From IMG/VR virus record IMGVR_UViG_3300042014_000090: a stretch of DNA of 64,000 nt. One strand, written 5' to 3'. This document shows positions 35,968-44,616 of this stretch, in pieces. The first letter of the stretch is position 1. Each line of letters opens with the position of its first letter. The DNA is from an uncultured virus (IMG/VR IMGVR_UViG_3300042014_000090). Its lineage: Duplodnaviria > Heunggongvirae > Uroviricota > Caudoviricetes. A program made the translations under genes and the position numbers. The notes beneath the pieces are model-generated. The model worked only from the letters and a program-made list of their open reading frames with translations. It did no database searches and was not told the DNA's origin.

Positions 35968-36173
35968 CCCAGCAGCCCAAGGTCATCGTCCCCTGGTTCA
36001 ACGCCAGCTCCCAGAACGACGGCTCCTGTGTGGACGCCCAGTTCCTGGAGGACGGCAGCGTCCAGGTGCGCCACTCGAACGGCCAGGGGCCCATCATCAA
36101 CTACACCGGCAAGGAGTGGGACGCCTTCATCGCAGGCGCCAAGTCGGGGAAGTTCGACCGCCCGGCGATCTGA
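35964..36173 (+). CDS. DUF397-domain protein
   Basis: W..SS...SCVD...VQVRHS...YT..EWDAFIAGAKSGKFD. Confidence 0.85.
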   Translation: MTQQPKVIVPWFNASSQNDGSCVDAQFLEDGSVQVRHSNGQGPIINYTGKEWDAFIAGAKSGKFDRPAI

Positions 36174-36221
36174 AAGCCGCAGAAGATATCGCAGCAGATG
36201 CGATAGCATAAGAAAAGAGAG

Positions 36222-36268
36222 AAGCCCTTCATTCCCACCGCGCCCTGGGAATGGGGGGCTTTTCTTTT
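36222..36268. terminator. intrinsic terminator (possibly bidirectional)
   Basis: aagcccttcattccca...tgggaatggggggctt + ttcttttc; A-tract upstream. Confidence 0.75.
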
Positions 36269-36292
36269 CCTATTACTGGCTATAATCCGCTC

Positions 36293-36919
36293 ATGACGCA
36301 CGAGCCGGGGAGCCCCCACGCCAGCCTGCGCGAAAACGCCGACCAGGCATGGCAGCTGTACTGCACCTTGGGCCGCATGGTGCCCTATCGAGAGTCAACT
36401 TCCGGTGGACAAGGGGAGATTGTCCGACAGAAGCGAACAGTCGCTCCGATTCCCTGGAATACCGCAGCCGCCGAGCTGACCATCGAATTCCACAACGAGA
36501 TACGCAGACTCGAAGTACATCTGAAAGAACGCGTGATCGGCGGATACCCCCGGCGACGCGGATCCTCGAACGCCAACACCAAATACGCCATCGAGTCGGT
36601 CGTGAACCTCTGCGAGACCACCGACAACGAAACCCTCCACGGCGTCCTCGGCTACCTCACCGGCTGGAACCGCCGCACCGACCGCATCCTCCACCCCGAA
36701 CGCGGCCTGCACCGCCTGCCCCGCCAGCCCGGCGAGAACGAAGCACGCTGCCCCTACTGCCACGCGCCCACCCTGCGCTGGAGCCCCGCCCAGGGCATTG
36801 CCGTCTGCGTTCGCCCCGCCTGCCGCAACACAAACGGCCAGCGCCCCCGATGGACAGCCGACTTCACCCCCACCAGCAACGGCCCCGTCTTCCACTGGAC
36901 CGAACAGGAGGCGGCATGA
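36293..36919 (+). CDS. hypothetical protein with C-terminal Zn ribbon, probably leaderless
   Basis: TATAAT 6 nt before ATG; CPYC...CVRPAC. Confidence 0.7.
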   Translation: MTHEPGSPHASLRENADQAWQLYCTLGRMVPYRESTSGGQGEIVRQKRTVAPIPWNTAAAELTIEFHNEIRRLEVHLKERVIGGYPRRRGSSNANTKYAIESVVNLCETTDNETLHGVLGYLTGWNRRTDRILHPERGLHRLPRQPGENEARCPYCHAPTLRWSPAQGIAVCVRPACRNTNGQRPRWTADFTPTSNGPVFHWTEQEAA

Positions 36920-37218
36920 GCCCCGGCTGGACCTCCCAAGACCTCACCGTCACCGACGACGAGAACCTGTGGACCGTCGCCGACGCCGCCCGCCTCATGG
37001 GCCCCCTGCCCGGCGACCCGCCGGACACTCCCCTCAAGACCACCATGCAGAAGCTCCGTGACCACACCCGCCTGTACCCCCGGCGCTTCTCTGCCGTCGG
37101 GAAACGCCGCACCACACCGGCCGGACACCCCGGCCGCTACGCCCGCGTCTACGCCGCCGATGACTTCATCCGCCTCTACGAGGAAATGGGTGAGGACCGG
37201 CAGTCAACAGCCGCATGA
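36916..37218 (+). CDS. putative HTH protein
   Basis: LWTVADAARLM; GGAGG RBS. Confidence 0.55.
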   Translation: MSPGWTSQDLTVTDDENLWTVADAARLMGPLPGDPPDTPLKTTMQKLRDHTRLYPRRFSAVGKRRTTPAGHPGRYARVYAADDFIRLYEEMGEDRQSTAA

Positions 37219-37375
37219 GCGTGCTATGTTGAAGGATCTCCGCCGTCGGGGCTCATCACCCTCCGTCGCCGTCGAGGGGACCTCAGGTTGCGCTCCGGCC
37301 AACAGATCGCTGACCTGAGGTCCAAACAAAAAGCGCCCCCGACCACCGCATACGCGGCAGCCGGGGGCTGTTGTC

Positions 37376-37639
37376 CTACAGGCGCACCCAGATCGGGTTC
37401 GCCTGATCGATGGCCTCGTCGTAGTACCAGTCGGGCATCCACGTCGTCTCGAAGAACGACGCGAGTGCCAGTTCCTGCTCGACGTCGAGGATGTCGTCCT
37501 CCACGTCACGGCGCCACAGGCGCTCCTCGTGCTTGCGCTGCCCGCCCTTGCCACGTGAGGCGTCCGCGCAGTCCGGCCCGCTGGCGGTCCGGCACGAGGG
37601 GCATCGCGGGCGGGCGTACGCTCCATACATGCGAGCCAT
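37376..37639 (-). CDS. hypothetical protein
   Basis: ORF track; CPSC. Confidence 0.6.
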   Translation of the reverse strand: MARMYGAYARPRCPSCRTASGPDCADASRGKGGQRKHEERLWRRDVEDDILDVEQELALASFFETTWMPDWYYDEAIDQANPIWVRL

Positions 37640-37647
37640 GACAGCAC

Positions 37648-37803
37648 CTACACGTTGCGGATGATCTCGCGCTTGCGCCGGGCGGCCTCCGCCAGCGCCT
37701 TGCTCATCTCGGTCGGCTCGTCGAGCGAGGCGGCCAGCTCCTCGAAGAACTCGGGAGACACCACGGTGACGTAGTCGGGGTCTATGGTCTCGTCCTGTTC
37801 CAT
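37648..37803 (-). CDS. 51-aa protein resembling DUF1778/TacA C-terminus
   Basis: MEQDETIDPDYVTVVSPEFFEELAASLDEPTEMSKALAEAARRKREIIRNV; GAGG RBS. Confidence 0.5.
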   Translation of the reverse strand: MEQDETIDPDYVTVVSPEFFEELAASLDEPTEMSKALAEAARRKREIIRNV

Positions 37804-37807
37804 GTCC

Positions 37808-38014
37808 TCAGCCTACGATGTGGTCGACGAACCAGCAGCTGAATACCACCCAGCCGCCGGTGAAGATGATCTTCCCGGTGACGGTGTCCACACGGAACCA
37901 TTTGCGGGTGCGGCCCGAAAGTGTGTCCGCCGACTGTGCAGTTCGCAGTGCGTGTGCCTCCACGGCCACACCAGCGAGAAGCAGTCCGCCCCACACGAAG
38001 TCGGATCTGTCCAT
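37808..38014 (-). CDS. small membrane protein
   Basis: two hydrophobic segments. Confidence 0.7.
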   Translation of the reverse strand: MDRSDFVWGGLLLAGVAVEAHALRTAQSADTLSGRTRKWFRVDTVTGKIIFTGGWVVFSCWFVDHIVG

Positions 38015-38024
38015 GCTGTCTCCC

Positions 38025-38654
38025 CTACATGTACTGGCGCCGCGCAGGGTCGAGACCGAGGGCGACGGATGTGCTTTCCGGGCCGGGGTCCGGTGCGCCG
38101 TCTCTGCGGCAGACCAGGGCGTCGGGGTCCGTCTTCATGGGCTGGAGGCTGTAGCCCTCCGGGCAGGACGGACCGGCAGCCCCTTGCTCTCCTGGCGGCC
38201 CCTGGTCACCCTGCGGCCCAGCAGGGCCCGGTTCGCCCTGAGGTCCGGGGGGACCCGCAGGGCCCGGCGATCCGTTGGAGCCGTCCTTGCCGTCGCTGCC
38301 GTTTGAGCCGGGGCTGCCCGTGGCCGATACGCCTTTCGCACCCTGGTCGCCCTTCTCGCCGTCTTTGCCGGGGGGGCCGGTCGGGCCAGGGGGTCCAGTG
38401 GGGCCCGGAGGTCCGGACGGACCGACCCGGCCCCGGCTTCCCGGCTCGCCTGCCACCGGCGTGGCGCCGAGATCCTGAACCTGCCGGGCGAGTGCGTCCC
38501 TGGCGGAGTTGGCAGTCTCCAGATCGCTCTGGAGCTGATGGATGCTCAACACGATGCCGCCCAGGACCACGCCCAGGAAGAGGGCACCGGCGACAGCCAG
38601 CCAGTCCCCGCGCCGCCAGCGCTTGGCGTCGGCACGGACTTCGCTGTACTTCAC
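38025..38654 (-). CDS. membrane-anchored collagen-like protein
   Basis: TM helix, coiled coil, Gly-X-Y repeats, CPEGY...C. Confidence 0.8.
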   Translation of the reverse strand: MKYSEVRADAKRWRRGDWLAVAGALFLGVVLGGIVLSIHQLQSDLETANSARDALARQVQDLGATPVAGEPGSRGRVGPSGPPGPTGPPGPTGPPGKDGEKGDQGAKGVSATGSPGSNGSDGKDGSNGSPGPAGPPGPQGEPGPAGPQGDQGPPGEQGAAGPSCPEGYSLQPMKTDPDALVCRRDGAPDPGPESTSVALGLDPARRQYM

Positions 38655-38947
38655 GAGGACGCCCCCTGCATCAGCATCAAGATGACGGGGAGAAGGATGC
38701 CGATCATCGGCACGATCACCGCGCCGATCAGCCACCTGCGGGTGGCGACGATCTTCTCGGCATCCTTCTCGCGCAACACTTCCAGGGCAGCGATCCGTGC
38801 CGCCAGGGACTCATGCCGGAGGTTGTAGATCTGCATGTCAACCTTGGTGTCAAGCCGACGGCTGTATTCGAGCATGTCTTCTTTGAGGTCATTGAAGGCC
38901 TGCTCCATGCGGCGTTGGATCTCGCCCAGCGTCGGCTCGTCCGGCAT
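38651..38947 (-). CDS. lysis-cassette membrane protein
   Basis: coiled coil + C-terminal TM. Confidence 0.7.
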   Translation of the reverse strand: MPDEPTLGEIQRRMEQAFNDLKEDMLEYSRRLDTKVDMQIYNLRHESLAARIAALEVLREKDAEKIVATRRWLIGAVIVPMIGILLPVILMLMQGASS

Positions 38948-38959
38948 GATCTACTCCTG

Positions 38960-39217
38960 TCACACGCCCTTCGCGGTGGACGCGGAATCGGGGTTCCGTA
39001 CGTACCGTGCGACGAGCCCCTTCAGCAGTGAACCGGCGGCGGCAAGGCCAGCAATCGCCGCCGTCTTCCACATGGACACGTCAACCCAGTTCGCCGGACC
39101 CGCCGCGACGGCCACACCACCAGCGGCCATGAGGAACGTCCACAGGACCCGCTCGGCGAGATCACGAACATACGCCTTCTTCGACTTCAGACCATCAAGC
39201 TCGGGAAGCATCGGCAC
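38960..39217 (-). CDS. holin (r1t-like)
   Basis: YVRDLAERVLWTF...AGLAAAGSLLKG. Confidence 0.75.
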   Translation of the reverse strand: MPMLPELDGLKSKKAYVRDLAERVLWTFLMAAGGVAVAAGPANWVDVSMWKTAAIAGLAAAGSLLKGLVARYVRNPDSASTAKGV

Positions 39218-39228
39218 ACTCTCCTTCG

Positions 39229-40149
39229 TCAGGCGACATCCGGCACGTCCAGGCGCACCGTGATGGACTCCAGGGCATCCCGCAGCTCGGTGACGATCGC
39301 GGCAGGATCCAGATCGCCGACATTCGCCACCAACGCGGCAACCGTCTCGACGAGCTTGCTGTTCGCCTCGCTCTGCGCAGCCAGAGCGGCGTTCGCCTTG
39401 TCCAGCCGCTTGAGAATCTCCGTCAGCGTGGAGGCGAGCGTGTAGGTGGGGTTGGTCGATGCGGCACCGGGAATGGTGATCTTCCCGTCGCGGGTCAGCA
39501 CCGCATCCGCGATCTCAACGGCTGTAGGCATGTCGTCTTCCTCCTCGGGATTCCAGCTCGCAGGGTGCGCAAGCCGCGCGGCCACGGCGTCCCGGAAGAC
39601 GTCCATGTCGAAACTGGGGTCGATCTTGCGACGGGTGCCTTCCTTGTGGCCGATCACGCTGTGCGCGGACCAGCCGTGCGCCCGGCAGATCGCCGCCGCC
39701 CACCGCACCGCCGTGCCGTACTGCTCGGCCGGGTAGGGGTCCTTGCCATCACCACGGTTCTCGATCTCGATGCCGTAGTAGTGACGGTTACCGTCGACCG
39801 GCTCCACACCATCAGGGCGGGGATGTACCGCCGCCTCCAGCACCACGGCGGTGTGCGCGTTCTCCGCGAACGTCCCCGCATGGTTGACACGACCATGGCC
39901 GACCATGGTCGCGAGCCCCGACTTGGCCAGATGCGTATGACACACCGGCCCCGGCAGAGTCGACGACCCCGACCAGCAGAACTCCAGGCTGTCGACACCG
40001 GCCGTGTGGTGGATGACCACCCCGTTGACCGGTCCCCACGGCCCGATATGGTTGCGGTTGTGCGTACGCCAGCCTGCACGCTGAGCGACGTTCACTCCCT
40101 CGGCGACCAGCGCGGCTATCAGCTGATCCGCCGTCAGTGGCACAGCCAT
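39229..40149 (-). CDS. endolysin, N-acetylmuramoyl-L-alanine amidase
   Basis: VVIHHTAG, NHAG, YGIEIEN, IGHKE..KIDP. Confidence 0.9.
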   Translation of the reverse strand: MAVPLTADQLIAALVAEGVNVAQRAGWRTHNRNHIGPWGPVNGVVIHHTAGVDSLEFCWSGSSTLPGPVCHTHLAKSGLATMVGHGRVNHAGTFAENAHTAVVLEAAVHPRPDGVEPVDGNRHYYGIEIENRGDGKDPYPAEQYGTAVRWAAAICRAHGWSAHSVIGHKEGTRRKIDPSFDMDVFRDAVAARLAHPASWNPEEEDDMPTAVEIADAVLTRDGKITIPGAASTNPTYTLASTLTEILKRLDKANAALAAQSEANSKLVETVAALVANVGDLDPAAIVTELRDALESITVRLDVPDVA

Positions 40150-40157
40150 GGATCCTC

Positions 40158-40586
40158 CTAGTAGTCCCAGGTCATGCCGACGAACTGCGCATGCTCGACG
40201 GCGACCGGCTCGGTGTGGTCGTGCCACACCTCCACCCCGACCGGACGGCCGTGCTCGCCCCAGAACGGCCACATCGTGGTCGTCCAGTCCTTGCCGGGGG
40301 AGTCGAGCTGGTCACCGGCACCGGTGTCGTCCCGCACCCCGAACGGATCGCGGATGAAACGGGACATGAACTGACGCGGCCTCACATCACCGACCGGGAG
40401 CGTGAAAGACGCCCAGCGAATGTTGCGGGCCCACAGGAAATCCCCGTCGTGCGCGGGCACGATCAGCGCCAGATCCTGCGCCATGCTCAGGTCGTTGCGG
40501 ATCGCCGACTCAAACGTCAGCAGCGTCCACACATTCGGGGGAATGACCTGCGGCGCATTCCGGTAAAGCTTCACCTGCTTCGCCAT
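40158..40586 (-). CDS. hypothetical protein
   Basis: GAGG RBS; operon packing. Confidence 0.7.
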   Translation of the reverse strand: MAKQVKLYRNAPQVIPPNVWTLLTFESAIRNDLSMAQDLALIVPAHDGDFLWARNIRWASFTLPVGDVRPRQFMSRFIRDPFGVRDDTGAGDQLDSPGKDWTTTMWPFWGEHGRPVGVEVWHDHTEPVAVEHAQFVGMTWDY

Positions 40587-40595
40587 GAACCGTCC

Positions 40596-41114
40596 TCAGG
40601 CTATTCGCGTGAACTGAAGCCAGCTGTCCGTGTACATCACGGTCGCCGTAGCGTCGGATGTGTTCTGCGCCCACTGAAGGGTGATGTTCCCGGCCGTCGA
40701 CGACATACGGAAAAGCCCGGACATCGGGGTGAACATATTGCTGTCGCTCGTGCCGTAACCGGTGCGGGAACCCGACACATCATTGGTGTCGGTCCGGATG
40801 GAATAACCAGCCGTGCCCGCCGCCAAAGTTCCCGAGCCCGGCATGAGCCACGCCCACTCACCCAGACACCCCGACGGCACCGAGAACTGAACCTTGATGT
40901 CGGGGGTGTTGCTGGCGAAGTACTTGATCCAGCCGACCATCGTGTACACGGCACTCGCCTCGGCGGCGAACACCAGATGATCATCGTCGGCGAAAGTCGT
41001 GGTGGCGCTCCTTGAGGTGTCGGCGGTCTTGCGAACCGTCTGCGGCAGCATCGACCTCAGCAAAGAGGCCGTGATCTTCTGACCCGCAAGAGGCTGCGGG
41101 TATGCTTCAGGCAC
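40596..41114 (-). CDS. minor tail protein
   Basis: AGQKITAS, ITLQWAQ; position. Confidence 0.65.
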   Translation of the reverse strand: MPEAYPQPLAGQKITASLLRSMLPQTVRKTADTSRSATTTFADDDHLVFAAEASAVYTMVGWIKYFASNTPDIKVQFSVPSGCLGEWAWLMPGSGTLAAGTAGYSIRTDTNDVSGSRTGYGTSDSNMFTPMSGLFRMSSTAGNITLQWAQNTSDATATVMYTDSWLQFTRIA

Positions 41115-41123
41115 GGAGCCTCC

Positions 41124-44024
41124 TCACAGAGAGATGATGGTTGGCTTGTCCAGGCGGATATCCGTACCGGCCGTCTGCGACTTCGAGACCCCGTTCACGC
41201 TGCGCGTGACCGTGAAAACCTGCGGGTTGACGACCTCGTAGTTGTCGTAACGGATCTGCGGATTCACGTTGGTGTTGCCGGTGACCGTGATGGAACGCGT
41301 GCCGACCGAATACGCCTGGCTGAGCACGTTGTCAGTTCCCTCGACATGCCATTCCGGTGGCTCCACGGCATCCGTCGCCGCCCACGCCTTGGCCTTGAGC
41401 TGGTTCCCGTAGCCCTGGAAACGGACCCGGATGTACGTTCCGGCGACATGCGTGACCGGCACCGTGTAGGAATCGAGATCCGTACTCACATCAGCGATCG
41501 TTTTCCGCAGAACCAGCAGCACCGTGTTCGACGTCGTGAACTCCAGCCGCGCCAGGTACATGTTCGTGCTGTTCTGCATGCGAGCCGTCACCGCCCCGAA
41601 CAGGGAGGCGCCGGTCGCAAGTGCGGAGGTGGTGATGTCGCAGTAGATATCGAAGTCCGCCGACACCGCCGTCACCGACGAGCGCCGCGAGACATCCACC
41701 GTGGACAGCAGATGCACACCGGCGTTGCCGTTGACCGAGTAGTCGGTCGCCGACCCGCCGGACTGGGCCCAGGCGCTGCCGATCGTCGGCGTCCCCCAGG
41801 TACTCGACTCCGTGCGAGTGAAGGAGTCATCCAGCCAGCTGGTGATGTTGCTGACCGTCACGACCTCGCCGCCCAGCCGCACATCGAAGGGAAACTCCGA
41901 GGCGTCCGTAGTCCACAGCACACGGCTCGTGTTCGCCGTCGTCGGCGCCACCGTCAGGGACGTCGCCGAGGAGTTCACCGCCTCCACCAGCGCCGACCCG
42001 TCCGTGTCACACCGGGCCAGCACCGTGTCCAGCACACCCACCCGGTACGGAGAGGCCGGAGCACAGATGAACGTGACCCGGTGCTCGAAGTGCGTGATCG
42101 ACTCCTCGAACCCGAGAATGATCTGGTCGATGTCGTCCGACGGCAGCCATGCCGGGGGGTTCTCGACCAGGATCCGGTCGCCCGGCCTGAGCCCCAGGAC
42201 CGCCTGCTTCAGCGCCGGGTTCGACGTGAACGTGGAGTGCGCGAGGTTCACGCTGATCTGCGGATGCCGGGCCTCGTCCACGGTCCCGATGTGGACCCGC
42301 CACGCCGCCTGGTCGAGCAGCGTGGTGTCGGCGGTGTTCTCCAGGTTGAGCGTGATGTCCTGCCCGTACAGGCCCACACCGGCGGGCGGGGGCGCCGTGG
42401 ACAGAGCGCCGTCCTCCAGCTTGTAGGTCTGGGAGAAGCCGTTGACCGTCACGGTGACCGCGTTCTGGATGTACCGGTCGTCCTCCACCGGCAGCGGCAC
42501 CTCGGAGAGGTTGAACCCCGCATAGTTCAGCGTCAGCTGGGGGTCCTGATTGATCAGCGACGCCCGTGTCCGGTAGCCCAGTCCCATGACGGCGAGAGAC
42601 TCGAAGAGCATGCCGTCGTCGGCGAGTTCGGCCTCCCGCATCAGCTCCAGAGCGCTCAGCTTCTCCTGGCCGCCCATACCCACGGTGTCGTCCAGGTCAC
42701 CGATCGAGTCGAACGCGACGCCGCCCTCGGCACACAGCCGCTGCACACGCCGCCCGGCAGCCTCACCCACCGGATTGAGCCTGAGCCCCAAGTCCTCGAT
42801 ATCGGTGATCTCGTCCTGGACCGTGATATGCCCGATGACACCACCCGGCAGCCCCGTCGCGGTCTCGATGTCATCGCCGTTGTACGCCGACGCGAAAGCC
42901 GTGACCCTCGTGCACCGGGTCAGCTGCGCCCCGCCCCGCGTGTCCGAGACCGACACCTCCACACCCGTGTCGAGATCGAGGGTGCGGATGGTGGTGATGA
43001 TGTTGGAGCCGCTCTCCTGGAACTCAAGGGAGACCCGGAGCTTCCTGCCCCGCACGTCCGTCTGATGGTGCAGCAGAGCACCGAGCGTGGCACCGTCCCC
43101 GTCCCGGTACTCCAGGCTGAGACTGCCAGCAGCAGCAACACCGTCGAGGGAACCACGAGGAGCGTTGTAGAAAAGCTCCGCGCACGCGACCGGCGTGACC
43201 GTGATGTCCTCTTCCTGCGTCACCCGGATGATGACATCCAGATCAGACGCCGCCCCCTCGGGAGGGATGTACAGCAGGAACCGCACCTGCCCCGCACTCG
43301 GCGATGGGTACTTCACCACGCCGCCCGTCATCGCGGCATTGGTGAACACCGGAAGCGGCGCGCTCGCGCCGAAGAGAGTAGAACTCGACAGGTCGGCAGC
43401 CTGGTCGAGAAACGTCATGGGCGCACCATTGACGAGAGCGGACTTGATCTCTGCCGCATCCGAGGGGTCCTCACACGACCAGTACGCCCTCAGCCCGCTC
43501 AGCTGCGGACTCGTGATCGCGTCGTAGATGAGGGAGTTCTCCGACGGCGGCCCCTGTGACAGACGGCGGATGATCCCGCTCGCCTCCAGCTCCACCCAGA
43601 CGTCGGTGCCGGTCGGATCCCAGAACTGCGGCCACGACGACACCTCGCCCCAGAACCGGTAGCTCTTGCCACCGATCCCGTTCGGCACGCTCACCCGGAT
43701 CGGCTGGTTCCGCCCGATCAGCCCGTAGTAGGTACCGGTCGGGTTGCGTGGAGACCAGCGCCCGTCACGGTTGTCCAGCAGCAGATTGAGCGTGGCGTGA
43801 TCCGCCGAACTGCCCTCGTCCCGGCGGCCACGGGTGACGGAGATGTTCCCGCTGTCGTCACGGACCATGACGTAGGCGGTGATGTCGACCCACTCGCCGT
43901 TGATCCACAACTCGATCTGCACGGGCTCGCCGTTGCTGGCTTCCCCGGATGCGGACATCGGCCCGGCGCTGCCGCTCATGCGGCGCTGGTAGGCCATGAC
44001 CCGCGCTGCGATACTCCCCGGCAT
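41124..44024 (-). CDS. large minor tail protein
   Basis: LDNRDGRWSP, beta-rich; downstream of TMP. Confidence 0.75.
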   Translation of the reverse strand: MPGSIAARVMAYQRRMSGSAGPMSASGEASNGEPVQIELWINGEWVDITAYVMVRDDSGNISVTRGRRDEGSSADHATLNLLLDNRDGRWSPRNPTGTYYGLIGRNQPIRVSVPNGIGGKSYRFWGEVSSWPQFWDPTGTDVWVELEASGIIRRLSQGPPSENSLIYDAITSPQLSGLRAYWSCEDPSDAAEIKSALVNGAPMTFLDQAADLSSSTLFGASAPLPVFTNAAMTGGVVKYPSPSAGQVRFLLYIPPEGAASDLDVIIRVTQEEDITVTPVACAELFYNAPRGSLDGVAAAGSLSLEYRDGDGATLGALLHHQTDVRGRKLRVSLEFQESGSNIITTIRTLDLDTGVEVSVSDTRGGAQLTRCTRVTAFASAYNGDDIETATGLPGGVIGHITVQDEITDIEDLGLRLNPVGEAAGRRVQRLCAEGGVAFDSIGDLDDTVGMGGQEKLSALELMREAELADDGMLFESLAVMGLGYRTRASLINQDPQLTLNYAGFNLSEVPLPVEDDRYIQNAVTVTVNGFSQTYKLEDGALSTAPPPAGVGLYGQDITLNLENTADTTLLDQAAWRVHIGTVDEARHPQISVNLAHSTFTSNPALKQAVLGLRPGDRILVENPPAWLPSDDIDQIILGFEESITHFEHRVTFICAPASPYRVGVLDTVLARCDTDGSALVEAVNSSATSLTVAPTTANTSRVLWTTDASEFPFDVRLGGEVVTVSNITSWLDDSFTRTESSTWGTPTIGSAWAQSGGSATDYSVNGNAGVHLLSTVDVSRRSSVTAVSADFDIYCDITTSALATGASLFGAVTARMQNSTNMYLARLEFTTSNTVLLVLRKTIADVSTDLDSYTVPVTHVAGTYIRVRFQGYGNQLKAKAWAATDAVEPPEWHVEGTDNVLSQAYSVGTRSITVTGNTNVNPQIRYDNYEVVNPQVFTVTRSVNGVSKSQTAGTDIRLDKPTIISL

Positions 44025-44039
44025 CGTTAGTCTCGCTAA

Positions 44040-44546
44040 CTACTCGTCGAAGCAGACCCAGCACCGCATATCGACGGCGGTGGTGGGCGTGGTCGCGCGC
44101 ACGCGCAGGAACTTGGAGACGGCAACGATCGGCCGCTCGTCCGGCATCCACTGGTAGACGTAGGTGTAGGGCGACTCCGAGGTGGTCGCGCTCAGGGCCA
44201 CCGCGTCGAACATGCGCGAGGCCGTGGTCGTCCCCTCGGCGGTCGCCGTGAAGCCGGTCGCGCTCGTGCCCAGCGTCATCAGTGACGCCGGGGCGTTGGG
44301 GTCCAGCGGCTGCACGCCCGAGGCGCCGTGCGCCGTCACCGTGGCGGCCACGTCCGACTGGAGCAGCTCGACGATGCCGTCCGCGCCGGAGGTGTCGTCG
44401 ATCGAGAATCCCCACGAGATCAGCTGAATCTGGCGGGTCGACGGCGTCGCGATCTGGAGCATCGTCTTGATCGCCGTACCGGTGGTGACCGACGCCTGCG
44501 CGGCGGTGGTCGCCATCGCGGCGTTGAACACCTTGTACCTGTGCAT
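44040..44546 (-). CDS. virion/tail protein
   Basis: Thr/Ala-rich; position. Confidence 0.6.
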   Translation of the reverse strand: MHRYKVFNAAMATTAAQASVTTGTAIKTMLQIATPSTRQIQLISWGFSIDDTSGADGIVELLQSDVAATVTAHGASGVQPLDPNAPASLMTLGTSATGFTATAEGTTTASRMFDAVALSATTSESPYTYVYQWMPDERPIVAVSKFLRVRATTPTTAVDMRCWVCFDE

Positions 44547-44616
44547 GACAAGTGCTCCCTACATTGAATTCCGAGGCACGAAGAAGGCGCGACCCCGCAC
44601 AAGGGGCCGCGCCTAC

